Shown here: piece after piece, positions 1 through 14,192 of the stretch
Layout of the letters: every line of letters begins with the position of its first letter
Numbering within the stretch: the stretch's first letter is position 1
Position numbers and translations under genes: made by a program
Assembly (NCBI GenBank): GCA_028534125.1
Contig: CM052816.1
Coordinates: forward strand, 90,088,001 to 90,152,000
Origin: Lama glama
Lineage: Eukaryota
Direction: 5' to 3'
DNA: 64,000 nt
The notes under the pieces: generated by a model
What the model was told of the DNA's origin: nothing
Database searches by the model: none
What the model saw: the letters and a program-made list of their open reading frames with translations, nothing else

Positions 1-4
1 TATA

Positions 5-110
5 ATACCAGGATAATAATAACTACTTCCCGTGCTGTTATTTGAAGGTTTAAATATGATTAAATGTTTAGCACAGTTTCTTGCACACAATCATCACTAG
101 ACATGTAGCT
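5..110 (+). mobile_element. MIR SINE fragment (3' part)
   Basis: ggataataataactacttccc...gtttagcacagtttcttgcacaca resembles the MIR 3' core; highly diverged. Confidence 0.55.
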
Positions 111-1796
111 GAAATTTTCTTTCTTGTCTTGGTTTTCTACAATTTCAGTGATTTTCCTTTTTGAAGAGTCGAATCTATGAGAACAATTTTAATGCCTCCT
201 TAAGGCTACTCTCCTCTCCTTTTCTTTCTAAATATCTTATGTAATTTGATTTTATATATCATTGTTTGCAAAATTTTAATTGCCAAAGGTCCTTATTAGG
301 AAATTCTAATAAAAAGAACTTGGGGGTGTATAGTTTAAAAGGCTATAAGATGAATCTCTTTACTCACTGTTGTCATGAGAATTAAAGAGTGTTGTGACTG
401 AAGGATACAGAGTGTTTATGTGAACAATACACACATGTCTTTGATAGAAACACTTTCTATCAAGTAATAGAAAACTATTCCAAAGTACATAGAAGAGTGG
501 ATTCACTTATTCTTAGGCAGAGAGAAAAGTAGTTTTTACAAAATGTAAGTTTTGGCAAAGGTTGCTATATTTGATCTTGACACATTATTGGATAGTCTTC
601 AATGTTCCTGGTAATAATTATTTTGTTCTCTAAGTATTGCCATTAAAATGCTCAAAATATAAATATTTGTTGTTGCAGTCAAGATGCTGGGATGTGTCCA
701 AGGACAGCTGTATATTCTACCCTTGTAATTCACTCCAGTAAAAATCAGATAGTGGTAAAGGAAACTTAAGAAGTACAAGCTCATACCTAGAGGGCATTTG
801 ACTTTACCTCATTCTATATTTCAGGGAAAAACCAACCAAACAAACAAACAAAAAAACCCTGAGAAAGGTTTTATAACCTCACACTGACCTTGACTTTGGA
901 AAGTTAATTCCTTTCAGTCTCAGTCTCCTCATTCACGAAATGTCAGCTGGTTAGGTAGTCATCCCTTCCTAGGTAGATCCTTGATCCATTCATTTATAAC
1001 CTGCATTCGTGGTTCCATGAGTAGAACATTCAGTTCTCAAACCCACCAGCAAACCGTCACTTGTACTTTGGTAATTTTCTTGATTGATTGATTAAGGTAT
1101 GTAGTCAAGGAAAGACTGTCTTAAAGAAGCAGTTTTTCTATTATTGAAAAATGTAAGTGGCAGTTTAGAGAAATATACTATATTTTCTCTCTAAAGAATA
1201 CTTGAAAATTTACTTCCTCCTTAATATTTTCACATTAGTTCATATCATATGAGTCAGAATTATTCTTTCCTGTTAATTCCTATAGTATTTAAAAGCATAC
1301 ATCGGTTATATGGAACATTAAAGAAAAAAAACTGTTTATTTTGTATGTTTATTCCTGATATATATTAATTTATATCAATAAATCTTTGTTTATAAGCAGA
1401 TTTTGTGATCATGTGAAATGTACATTCAAAAGCTGAAAAGAGCTTCCGTTGAAGCTAATATTGCCACAATTTATAAATCGTATCACAATCTTAAAGATAA
1501 TCAGCTCCTCTTAAAACTTGTAATGAAATGTCTGTCTCATTGAAAATACAACACCCAGTTTTAAAACAGTTTCTTATGAATCTGATAGGAAACATTGGCC
1601 TACACTTATTAATTATTCTATTACCTCTTTGTAAAATTTTATGGCAAAGAGCAGCATAGAAAAATATTATGAGTGAAATTCCTTCAGTGGCAATGTTTGT
1701 AAAACATTTTTATCCAAGAGATTTCTGCACCCAGAGCATATCTTCCCCATTGGCCATAAGGAGGAATAAGTGGTCACAAAATTAGAAAGGACTTAC

Positions 1797-1858
1797 AGCC
1801 TGCTAGATAAGAGACTTTTGAGAGATACTATACACATGATGGGCAGAGTTTGAGTCAT
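1797..1858 (-). CDS. Candidate first coding exon of an unidentified minus-strand gene (MTQTLPIMCIVSLKSLLSSR+2 nt)
   Basis: Minus strand: acaaaatATG at 1858 (A at -3), in-frame TGA upstream, 62 nt open, then GCT|GTAAGT donor (intron starts 1796). Peptide not recognised; could be chance. Confidence 0.2.
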
Positions 1859-4189
1859 ATTTTGTAGAGAAAACCTGTCTTGTAATTTGGAGGAGAAATG
1901 GCTTTTTCACACTGAGCGAGCAGGTTAACTGAGGTGCAGATGGAGGAGTCCTCTGCTGATGGGTTCCAGATTCAGAAAGGCCCGGCGTTCCCTCAAATGA
2001 TGTCCTTGGCCAGAGGAGGATGAGAGTTCCATCCCCAGTTTCCAGGCAATTTCCATTCCCTTTTCTACCTGTTCTTTCTGCTTCCTGACAGGCAAGCTCT
2101 TGGAGATGTACTTTTGCAGCAAAGAATGTATGTAGGTTTCTTTTGATCGCTGTGAAAGTTGAAACTGTAGCATTTCGGGAGATTCTTACCAATGTATTAG
2201 ACTCCGATGTTCTGCCAAGAGCATGTACTTCCCTTAGCATAATAAAAAAAATACTCTGTTTTCTTTCTTTCACTAAAAAAGGATTATCTTAATTGTTTTT
2301 TCCAAATCTTGATTCTGACTAAAGGTATATATATGAGAAGAGACAGTAATTTGGGGAAAAATAGTTGCTCTTTTCTGGTACTAGACAGGAGGTCACGGAT
2401 GTGAATAGCCTCAAGGCCAATCTCTGGCTTCCCTCTCTTACGTTCTCAATTCCTGGTCATCTGACTGCATGGAGTACACTTTCCCTGATAAGCTGGAGTC
2501 AGTCACACTTCTTCCCTCACCAGAAGTCACAAGCAGACAGTCACAAAATACTAGGACCCCCCATGTTCATTGCTGTGTTTGCCTTGTGTTTCTTCCTACT
2601 TCCTGCAGCCACCAAGCAGGCGACCTTCTCCCGCGCATGTCTTTCTTTCCCTTGTTGTTTTACGTTAATGTGACATTTGCATCTGGTTTGTATTTTCTGA
2701 GTATTTCATGGGATATTGAGAGTAAGGATGAATCATCACCATATAGTAATCATCATCATGAAAAGGCTTTGTGTGTGCATCTGGCTTTCTCTTTAAAAAA
2801 AAAAGCTCGGTTACTTACATGATTGGAAGTAGTATCTTCCAAAACCTAAGACTTCCTAACAGCCGTCAGAATCAAATCTTTCCAAAGCCTTAAGGCACAC
2901 AGGCAAGAGCTTTAACTTTGAAGATTCTAACAGATGCACTTATTTTCACATAACATAATATACTTTACCATTTCAATTTTTAAGTCCTAAATTATTTTTC
3001 CAGCTGAGTGAAGTATGATCAACAGGCTCAAGGGATGGATTAAAGGGATCATTTTCAAGTCCAATCCATTTTCTCTCTAATAATATTCATGCCCCTTCAA
3101 AAAAAAGAAATCTCTTCCTTCTCACATTTAGAAACTGACCTATTTTTTACAGCCTCAAAGACTTCTAGTTGCTCTTTGGGTATGTAAGAATATGTTTTAA
3201 TTAATGATTGTGGATATATCTCTTGATTAAAGTCATATTTTAATAAGAGAAAATTTGCTGAACATATACATTGGGAAAGAAAATAAGGGTCTATTTTTCT
3301 CTAATGAAGTTATATAAGATTTTGCCCTCCTGGATTGTAATTAACGTAGTACAATACTTTTCTGCTCCTGATCAGTCATAATACCTTACAGCAATGGCCA
3401 CAGTTTTGCCAAATGGTTAGCTCCCTTTTTTTTTTTTCTGGTAAAAAAAAAAACTTACAAGCATGTGATCTGGGCTTACAAACGGCTATTACTTCTGTCA
3501 TGGAGACAGATTCCGGAAGGAGAGGCTGAAGGGTTGTCTTCTGAGTTGAATTCATGGACATCCCTGCCCCTTGCAGTTGCTTGAGATGAAGATTAATTTT
3601 ATGCCCAAGCAAAGTTGAATTGGTCTTTTGCCCCTTCTTTAACTAAATGCTGAACGTTGAGAATGTTATCATTTGAATGTTTGACTTGTCTCTTATCTTT
3701 GAAATATTACTAAATTTATTTCAACAGACAGTTAAATTACTTTAGATCAGCTTGATCTCTTCCAAAGTTTTTGTTTTCTTTTTTTTTTTTCCCAAGTTGG
3801 TGGTGGTGGTGTTTGGAGGTCCCAAAGTAACCTAGCCCTACCACTAAAGCATAAGTATTCTGGTGCCTTTCATAAGTACCTCCACGTGTTTCTGAGGTTT
3901 CTCTAACTCTGTTCGGAATTCAAATATTCCCAGCAGTTTGGGAGTCCTGAGAATTCCTCAGCTTCCAGTTCCTTGGGAATTGTTCTTCGCCTGCCCACCC
4001 TTATAAAGTTCTGTGCTTGCTTCAATTGGTGCTCCCGTGGACCAGGACTTGGACTGTTTTGTTTGTTTTTCTGTTTGTTTTTGTTCCCACCTCAGTTCGG
4101 CATTCTTCTTTTAAGTGTGTTAAGTTTAGTCTCGTACATGTACTTGGCAGCAGGTCTTAAGTATTTCTTTCTTTCTTTTTTACTTTTAT

Positions 4190-4570
4190 TTTTGGATGCA
4201 TTTTTCCTAGGAGTTAATTGTTTTCTTTTATGGGTCATACTTTTGGTATAAGAACTTTCTTCTAGTCCTAGATCCTGAAAAGCTTGTCCTCTTCTCTTTT
4301 GTCTAAAAGTTTTTAAGTTTGATGTTTTACATTTTACTGTGTGATCCATTTTGAGTTTATTTTTGTATAATGTGTAAGATTTAGGTCAAGATTCATATTT
4401 TTTTTTTTGTCTATGGATGTCTGATTCCTTCAATAAAATTTGTTGAAAAAGCTGTCTCCTCTCCATTGAATTGCCTGTGCTTTTATGAAAAATCAGTTGC
4501 ACCAATTTGTGCAGGTCTGTTTCTTGATTCTCTGTTCTGCACCATTGTGCTATGTGTCTATCTCTTTGCC
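4190..4570 (-). mobile_element. Old L1 fragment (ORF2 region)
   Basis: gatccattttgagtttatttttgtataatgtgtaagatttaggtc...tttgttgaaaaagctgtc is typical antisense L1 ORF2; ORF 4092-4349 is a decayed piece of it. Confidence 0.8.
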
Positions 4571-5271
4571 AAAAAAAAAAAAATATATATATATAAGGTA
4601 TATATATATATACCCTTGCTTACAACTCATCCTTCTTTGATACCACTCCAGTGGGGGAGGGAAGGACTTTAAAGAGGAGAGAGCCTCCTCATTACAGCCT
4701 GGCAAGGTTGGAATTTTAGGGTCCCCACTCAGCTTTTGTTGGCTGGGGTGGGAGTTGGGTAGAGTCTATTTCTATGGTGATGGGCTTCGATGGATTTGTT
4801 AGTATCTAAAAATTCTTCATCTTTCTAGTGTGCCCTTCATGGTCCTCCAGCTAGAGAGAGCAGACTTTTGCTGAGGCTTTCCTTCTCTGTGCCTACTGGT
4901 GTTTCTAACTTGCTGGTTTCTTTAGGATGAAGGAGGCAAAAGAAATTCCAGAAAACTCACCACCATGTTGTTTCTTAACCCCAAGGCCCTTACCAGTCTG
5001 CTTTTTCCCTCTCCCAAGTTTTCTGTCTTCTTATGTTTGTCATATATTTAATGTCCAAGGTGGTTAGTTATACTTACATCTACTTGGTTGTCTCATAAAT
5101 GGAAGTCTTCAGTCCCTGTTCTGCCACTGGCGGTGCAATCACACACCTTCACAGAGTTGAACCAAAACCGAGTCCCCATAAAACCGAGTCCCTTACAGAG
5201 TTTATGCTTGTTCTTTCTACCCAAAACTTCATTGTCTCTCTTGTCCCCTCTGACCTCAGTCCTGTGCTAAC

Positions 5272-5703
5272 TGTAAGCTAATCAAGCAGAGTCATATGAC
5301 TAAAATTGCTGTTGTCGATAACATCATTAATGTACTATCATTGCTATTACAGGTATCATCCTTAACTCACAAACTCAGGTGGTTTCTCTAGGGCAAGAGG
5401 AGATAACAGACCCCCAAGCCATTGACCACGTGGCCAGAAACTTGTAAATCAGAGACATCCTGACTCTGCAACTGCGATTAAGAAAAAAATATCACAGAAA
5501 TGTCGCAAAATGATGGTCAACTTCAGCTTCTTTGTGTTTCTCTTTTAAATACCCTCAACTCAGAGACCAAGCTGGAGTGGATCCGAGACTTGTCCCCCTC
5601 TCCCTTCCTTGGTGCCCTACAAATAAACCCTGACTACTGTAAACTCCCTCTGTCAGAGTTTGGCTTTCTGACGGTGGGCACAGGAGCCCTTTGCTTAGTT
5701 GTA
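5272..5703 (+). mobile_element. ERV1-like solo LTR
   Basis: Starts TGTAAG; TATA-like tttaaata (~5544), then AATAAA (~5622) and a U5-like tail; ~430 bp. Confidence 0.6.
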
Positions 5704-8700
5704 GAGCTGCCTATAAATTTTTACCTTTTTGTGTGTGTGTGTCCAGCTATGTGTTTTAGCATGAGAATTTTACAAACAACAATTCTATCTAACATGTTGC
5801 TGAAAATGTTACAATAAAATATTCAGATAAATTTGTCTCTATTTGTACAGTTCATTATATTAGTCATCTGTTTCATTTCATATGCATTGGCCTGACTAAC
5901 AGAAGACGTTTAATAAATATTTCTTGAGTAAGTAGTGAAGGAATAAGTGCTTACCTCAAAACAGTGACACCTAGCCACATGACTGCCTTCTAGAATCAAT
6001 TATTTATTGTATAAGTAAATGATCATTTCTTTTTGCATCTTTCCAGATCATCTGGTATTCAGATAATTTATGATTAATAGTTAAGATTAAGCAAAGTCTA
6101 ATAGGTATTTAGCCTATATTTTGTAACTTGAACTACAATGTCAGCATCTTCAAGTGCCAGGGTTGGACCACCTTCCTCGTTTTTTCTACTCATATCTACC
6201 CAGTATCTATAATAAATGGTTAGTTAAATCAATCTCAGAGCTTTGCTCTTCTGCCTTAAAAACTTCCTGTTTTCCATGCTACCTCTATATTAGCCAATTC
6301 ACTTTCTGGCCTTAAAGGGCCTCCAAATTCTAGCTAACCCTCATATACATTTATGACTTCTCTTATACTAATCTCTCATGTAGGTGAATGCTAAGTAAAT
6401 TGTTTTCCAAATCAAATCATACATAAATTTCAAGTCCCAAGTCTCGACATCTTCTGACAAAATATAGAGTCCCAATTTTTCTTTTGCCATAATTATTATG
6501 AGATCTTACCATTCCAGTTTTTATAAATTGGCAGTATCCTTCCTCGAATTCTTCCCCAGAAACTTAAGTGCTTCCTAGGGAGCTATTTCACGAGTACTTT
6601 GAGACATTCATCTCAGTTTCTTCTGCTCTAACCTACTTTCCTGCCCAAAATATCTACATCCATGGTGCTGCTGTCATTCCCAAGACCCCCATTTTGCTGA
6701 ATATAGCTTTTCTCAGCATCCAACTTCTTGCCCTACTAAAGTGTATGTGAAGAAATATGGCCCCTTCTCTCGGTTATCTCCAAGCAAGTCATCCTTCCGT
6801 TTAAAAGTGTCCACAATGCAACTGAAACCAAGTAATACTTCTAGCTATGTTCCACTAAAATACATGGATTCACAAAAAGATGATTTATAGTCTAATTCTC
6901 CTGCCAACCCTGGACTAAGATTTCTTTAAGGTTAATCCTGTGCTTTGTTTTTCCTGCAGGCTCATCTCCATGAGTAATTTCCTCATCCTCATACTTCAGG
7001 TTAAGTCTAGCCTAATTCTCCTTGGACTTTGATAAAGGCATATTGGGAGGGGAGAGGATTTTAACAATAAAGAAGCAATAAGCTCTTTTTTATTATTTGT
7101 AAGGGAAATAAGCTCTAAGTTCTATGTCTATTTACAGTATTAAGATGTGTGAAGTAAGTGAATTCAAAAGAAATGATTCTATATGCTACTCAGTCAGACA
7201 TAGAAAGAAATAGGCAATGAAAAAGAAAATAGCTAGAATTTTCAGGATTTTTTTTTGTTTCATTACTTTTTAAAAATTTGTTCTGCGAAAGCAAGGTTTA
7301 AGTGAGGGTACATTTGAAGGAAAGCTGAGGGTCTGGCAAAGATTAAAATGGCAGTCATCAAATCCAGTTGTATCAATTACAATAAATCCTCAACAAAGCC
7401 TCATGCATGAAAAAAGAAACATATGAAAATGAAGCAAATAATTACTTAAAGCAGGGTGAATTGGAATAGCTCAATATCTTGATAGGAGATCTAGGTAAGT
7501 GTTTGGGAGTTGGTTGCACAGGGCACAAAAGGAGACCTTATGCAAGAGGGAACAGGTGGTCATTGGTATTTACAGATCCTGTGTCCTCCATAAACGATGC
7601 TCCTGCTCTCTGCCTATCTCAGCTCCTGTTGGCACAGTTATGTCCAGGGCAGGTAATCCAAGGGTCTGTGATTTTTGCATCACATTCCTTTCCTTCTAGT
7701 TAACAAGACTGCATGCTGCAGGGGAGTTGCTGGGGGAGGGACTAGAGGAGACAGAGTAGCAGACCAGTGGATAATTATTTTGCTATCCTTATCTATTCCT
7801 CATTTCTTACTCTGGAATTAAACTATTTAAGGAAAACTGAAATAAAACTGACCAATTCCTTCAAAGATCACAACCCACTTCTACCTATAATGGTGATTTC
7901 GTTTTTAATTGCATCTAAGAAAACTACCTAAAAATCTTCTGACATTGGTAGATTTTTCTAAAGTACAGCTTTCTATTTCAACCTTAGTCAACTTATGCTT
8001 GCAGAGTTGGTATCTGCCTTTAATCACTGGTCTGGATTTCTGGAAGGAATAGTAGACTTGGAGTCAGAGACTCTGGTTGGAACCTGACATTGTGCTTGAC
8101 GATGCTAAATTAACATAGACATTCCTCAACGTAGTTGATTTCAATTATTTGACTTGCCAAAATTGAATTTTAAATGAGTTGAAAATGGAGATATATGAAA
8201 CTGTTGATATGCTGAAGGATAAAGATTCAATTATTTCTTCTGGCAATCTCCTGGTGTGTTAGTCTCAAACCAAAATATCAGCCTTTTTTTTTTCAAGACT
8301 ATAGATTAGCATTTTAAACTTTTTTTTATAAAAAAAAAGCATTCCATCTGGTATAGACTTGTCAAATAAGGCATGTCCTTCCATATTAAAGATACAGCAA
8401 GCTACATAATTATGACTACTACGATTTTTCTGCTCACTTTGGATGCAGTTAAGTTGCCTTTAGATCAGAAAGAGAAATGTCATTACAAATCTTGACATTG
8501 TAAAAAATTTGGTAAGTTGTATATCTTTTGCAGCATCATTTAATAGCCATAACTTTTGTTTTGAGATCAATATATTTGCTTGTCACATTTTCAAATGACC
8601 TTTAAGGCTATGATTGAATTTTAGGTCAAATAACTCATTTAAAAATTAGATTCTAAATTCATACTTTGTACACATTTTCACTTACACAGAAAAGTGCTTT

Positions 8701-9636
8701 AAGTGAATTCATCATAATTCTGAGTTTTGGAGGCAAAGAACTCTTCCCATTCTCTTTTATCTATTCCTATAATTTACAACATGTTTAAAGTTGAAGTTGT
8801 AAATCAAGTTCATCTGCAATGAGATGTAGTCTTTGATCACTTTTAAATTAAAAAAAAATTTGCCCTTCTGTTTTAGACTAAAATTTTAGACTTAAGAATT
8901 CGCCTTGCAAACTAGAACACTTTCTAGTCATGAATGTTCCTGAAATGAAATGTGGAGTTGTGAATATGTGGTCAAAAACACTAAAATGAGTGAATAAGAA
9001 CATGTATATGACTATAAGGTAAAGAATTTGTTTAATGTAATTGAAAACAATTAGCTTTCAGATATGTGAAGGATACAGAACTTGACAAAAATTAGATGGA
9101 TGAGAAGCACTAACTCAAAGTCACCCATTGACTTACTGGCTGTTGGTAGGGAACACATTACCTGTCTTCATGTGTCTGTACATGATAGAGAACTTTCACT
9201 CTGGATCACAGGAGAAAACAACCAAAAAAAGGAACAAAAAATGTGTAGGGAGAACCTTCCCTGTTTGGCTCAGTCCTGTACCTTCTCCTTCACATGGGAA
9301 GAGTGATATCTGATTGGATTTGAGGAGAAAACCTTGAGCGTGTTTCACCCAGATTCTATCTTTTCAGGTTGACCTACCTGCAGCAAGAATGTGTCTTCTT
9401 AGAAGTGTGAGACTGTCTCCCTAGGGAAACTTTCAGGCTGTTTAGTTTGCTAATAACTGGGTGGACAAATCTGTCTGATTCAGAGGTGAAGGACTAGCGG
9501 CCAATTGCTTATGGATATTGGTCCATAATCTTTTTCTCCAATCACCTTTATCAAAATGAAGTAGAAATTTTCTTTCTATGTGCCTCTGTTGTTTCATTTC
9601 TCAAAAACTCCACAGAAGAGTAGGAATAATCCGGTA

Positions 9637-9765
9637 TTTTTTTTTTTTTTTTGGTGGAGGTAGGTAATTAGGTTTATTTATTTATTTAGTGGAGATCCTG
9701 GGGATTGAACCCAGGACCTCGTGTATGCTAAGCATGCACTCTACCACTGAGATGTACCCTCCTCC
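9637..9765 (-). mobile_element. Camelid-type tRNA-derived SINE (Vic-1-like)
   Basis: Reverse complement: ggagggtacatctcagtggtagagtgcatgcttagcatacacgaggtcctgggttcaatccccagg (box A/box B), (TAAA)n, acctaattacct, poly(A) (T16 on +). Confidence 0.9.
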
Positions 9766-12700
9766 TTGTTTTCAATATATTGCCTAAAGAGGAAATACTT
9801 TTTTAAAAAAAATGAATGACTTGTTTGTCAAATATGTTATCTTACTCAGGAAATTTCTGTTCCTATCCAGCTTGCCTCCTATGATTGTTTTGCAATCAAT
9901 GTACAACCCATAAAATAAAGGCATAGGTACAGACTTTTGTAAAGAATTCTGTAACATGTAACATATCAATATTTTCCAGGCAATGATCACTTCTATCTAC
10001 AACATAGTCTTGGCTCTGGGCCAATACTCATTGTTATATAAGTTCCTCGGTTGGAGTTGTATGGAGAAAATAATTTATATCCCTCTTCCCCAAATTCAAA
10101 ACCTCTGAGAAACAGGATCTGATGGAGATCAAAATGCCAGCTCTATTTATCACACATGCATCAGAGAAAGTAGCTTTGCTTCTGTAGAGAAATGAGTTCA
10201 CTCATGCTTTACTTTTGGACCACGTGAAATAGAAGGTCATTGGATACAGAGGAAAAAAAAATTCCTCTGGAATTTGCACTGACTCTGAAAAAGGAAGGTC
10301 TGGGCAGAGCATACTCAGGTATTTCTTCCAAACTAGATTAAGTCACTGATCAGATAAGACAGTTGTCTTCACTCCATAGTGAGGAAAGAGTGAGAGGTGT
10401 GATGAGAAGCTGGGAGTGCTTTTATGATAAACGTCCTTCATATTTCCAGGAGCCTAGGGAAATGGAGATTATCCACACAGCTTCTAAATAATTTCCTGTT
10501 TTATTCGTGATGCCAGTGCTTTGAGACTGTTACTCAGTCCCTTGGTCTAACACCGAACCCTTGACCAGACCTCAACTTGCCTTCCAATCACTGATACTCC
10601 CTGAAATTGCCTCATTTACAGATTTCAGATCTCCCTGTAGTGACACGGATCACTGTGGTCTGACCTCAAGTTTATTTGATTAGTTTTTTGACTATGTAGA
10701 CCCATAGAATCTTCTTTTTCACAGGGGTTGTGATTCTTGAAGGGGGCCTCTAGACTTCTTGACCTGTAGAAATTGATCTTATAATTTTTTAAATATTTTT
10801 CCTCAATCATTCCTTGAATTCTGCTCTGCCTCTTTGCATCCCAGGTCCTAACATAGTATGTACCTATTGTCTGTCTGTGTGTCTGCTTGTGCGTGTCTGT
10901 GTGTGTGCGTGTTTGTTTTGATTCTGCACGTGGCTCAAGTCCTTATTCTGCTTTCCTTGGAATACTCTGTTTCCTTTACTCTAACTTTTCACATTTTGCT
11001 ATTTCCTCACATCTTAGCTGAGATTTCAGGGTGGTAAAAGCTGGATATAGACTTTGAAATGTTAGGATCTGATATTTGGATGCTACCTCTACGAACTTCA
11101 AAGATTTGTGATCGTAAACAAGTCACGTATCTTAAACTTCAGTAACTTTCTGGGGAAAATCCTCGCAAAAAAAACAGTATAGCTATTAACTATTAAATCA
11201 ATTTATATAAAATTTCTTAGCAATTTGTCAGATAAAAAATGACTAAGATGCCCTTAAACATGTTTTTTATAATTTGAATGAATTAGCTTTTTATATTCCT
11301 TCCTCTTCCATAAAAATAAACTTAGAAAGCCCAGATTTTATGACTTAACAGTACATTTTACCTACGCTATTTCATTTTTGCCCTTTACTACTTCATTTAT
11401 TGATATATTTAATTAATTTTTGGCTCAGTTACTTCTCATATTGCTTAACATTTTATACATGTATGCCTTTTTTCCTATGTCTCATTTCTTTCATCCTTTT
11501 GTGTAAAATCCTTATAGTTAATCAGTTAATTATTGTTAATTTTATGCTATGTATTAAGCTCAGTGGATTTTACATCATAGGAATTAACTCAGATTATTGA
11601 ATACATAAACAATGCTTAATAAGTAAAAATATGGAAACTGACTGAATTAAAGCATTCTGCCAAATTGTTAGGATAATTTCAGTGGCGTTGGCACTGAAAA
11701 GCATAGTAGATAACGTGATTACATAATATTCTCTATCTTTTGAATGTGACTGCATTTCATACATGTATGAAAATAATTACGATAAGGTGAATTAAGCAAT
11801 TTTAAAAATTAGAACTGAATATGTACACCCTAAGCAGTTTGAAGATAATATCTGAATATTATGAGAAGTGTAAGTGTAGGAGAGGACATACTAATCTTCT
11901 TACAAGTAAGATTTCTAATCATGAAAGTCCTGTTAGAACATCTGAAACATGATTAACCTATTCTGTATAGTTACAAGATTATATAAGTAAATATTTGTGA
12001 GATTTAAAATTTTTATGGAAATATCATTTCCTCACAAGGCTTAAAATAGAAAGTTATATGAATGAACAATTAGTAATATGAATTGGACAATTAATCCTTT
12101 CCCAGGTCTCTTTATTTCACACAAACACAGTTTCATAAGTGAACCACCGTTGCACTCAACATAATATTGGAATCAAGAAAGTCATTTTGGCAATCATTCA
12201 TCTGTCATAAAAATAATAACTACATGATGATCATAGTGCATAATGATCATAATTGCTAACATTCATTGAGTCTATGATTCCAGCCTTCTTCTAAACACTT
12301 TATAGATCTTGACTCATTAATCCTCTCTATCTTTTGGCCTTGCTGTTATTGACAAATGAAAAACACAAACAAAAAGGCAGGGGGACCTACCATGCCCTTA
12401 GGATAAGAAAATTAGAAGATGCAGTTCCTGGATTTAACCAGCTGACAGTATAATTGAAGAAAAAAATAAACAAACCTATGATTCCAACTCAGAGGAATAA
12501 ATATTATGATTCGGAATTATCCAAGATGCTCACTTAGCCCAGAAAACAAGGCAAAAAGTTCTGCCTGGACACCCTGTTGAAAAGGCTCCAACCCAACCTC
12601 CTGGAAACCTGGTAGCTGTTCTTCTGCTGCCCTGAGTTCCAGCAATACCGTGTCACTCAAACACCCTGCTTGTCCGTCTTCTTGTCTGCAAAGGTTGCAT

Positions 12701-13146
12701 CTATTTCTGATTTTATTGATGAGACATTTTCTTTCCTCACACACACAAAACGAATGGCTTCTCTTTCTCTTCTCCACTTCCATGTAATCAACACTGGGAG
12801 GAATTTTTTCATCACCTGAAGTCAGGACTTGGGAAATCTGGCCAGATTAGAAATCAAAATGGATTAATCCTGTATGAGTCTTGAAAGAATTTATGAAAAA
12901 TTCCAATTAAGTTGGAGTTTGGATTCCTGCTTCCAGAAAACCAGAAATGATAATATCTTATCATTGGTAGTTTTATCTGCTCTCTTTAGCTCTTCCCCTT
13001 TGAGAGAGACTGAAGGTGAAAGCGTTGGATCCGCCAGCCTCTGAAATACAGGTGAGGCTCTATGTTCAGATGACTTTAGTTGTCTTTATGTGGTTTCCCC
13101 CCCTTTTTTTTTTGTCCCAAGATGCAAACAGAAATAGGTTAAAAAT

Positions 13147-13646
13147 NNNNNNNNNNNNNNNNNNNNNNNNNNNNNNNNNNNNNNNNNNNNNNNNNNNNNN
13201 NNNNNNNNNNNNNNNNNNNNNNNNNNNNNNNNNNNNNNNNNNNNNNNNNNNNNNNNNNNNNNNNNNNNNNNNNNNNNNNNNNNNNNNNNNNNNNNNNNNN
13301 NNNNNNNNNNNNNNNNNNNNNNNNNNNNNNNNNNNNNNNNNNNNNNNNNNNNNNNNNNNNNNNNNNNNNNNNNNNNNNNNNNNNNNNNNNNNNNNNNNNN
13401 NNNNNNNNNNNNNNNNNNNNNNNNNNNNNNNNNNNNNNNNNNNNNNNNNNNNNNNNNNNNNNNNNNNNNNNNNNNNNNNNNNNNNNNNNNNNNNNNNNNN
13501 NNNNNNNNNNNNNNNNNNNNNNNNNNNNNNNNNNNNNNNNNNNNNNNNNNNNNNNNNNNNNNNNNNNNNNNNNNNNNNNNNNNNNNNNNNNNNNNNNNNN
13601 NNNNNNNNNNNNNNNNNNNNNNNNNNNNNNNNNNNNNNNNNNNNNN
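13147..13646. other. Assembly gap, exactly 500 N
   Basis: N run seen directly; the round length implies a placeholder size. Confidence 0.99.
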
Positions 13647-14192
13647 CATATGTCTTCAATATTTTGCTTTAAACTAAATGGACTTTTTTAAGCACAAGTC
13701 GACTGATACGATTTCTTCATCAATTTTTTAACATCACCCAAATCCAATTTGTAGCGTCTAAAATTTCCAATTTCTTTGAATTAAAGTACAGATTTAAATA
13801 TGCTATTAATCTGAGCTCAGACGGCTTTTAGACACTTATATTTTTTTACTTTAATATTTTAGTTAATTTATATACACATATTTGAGGGTATTTTTGTGTG
13901 TGATTTGTTGTATCAGTCTTTCCAAAGCATTTAGTTTTCCCAGAAATAACAACTCTTTTTTTTTCTTTTTATACTTATATATTTAATCTGGTGTATATAA
14001 ATTATTTGCAGTAGCAAATGAACTGACCAAAACAGGCTGAGGAAGCAAAAACAACAGGCTCTTAATCGCATACCTCGACTGGTGGTGGGAGTAGAGGTGC
14101 TCAGGCCTTCTGGAATGCACCCCCACCCCGGGTGACTAGGCAAGCTCAGGGCAGAGGGCATCCTGTTTTACAGGGAAACAGAGAGCAGGGCA

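Noticed and set aside
1803..2273. 156-aa minus ORF
   Set aside because: Non-ATG start, no recognisable domain; a different frame fits the splice donor better
5164..5192. Short tandem duplication AAAACCGAGTCCC x2 (a similar 21-bp-period pair lies at 55165-55202)
   Set aside because: Two-copy slippage duplications are common; no array or spacer structure, not CRISPR-like
9690..9765. tRNA-like sequences here and at 47114-47190
   Set aside because: Followed by SINE body, tail and (at 47 kb) a TSD; these are SINE heads, not tRNA genes
13016..13672. Three ~190-220 aa ORFs
   Set aside because: Artefacts of translating through the N gap
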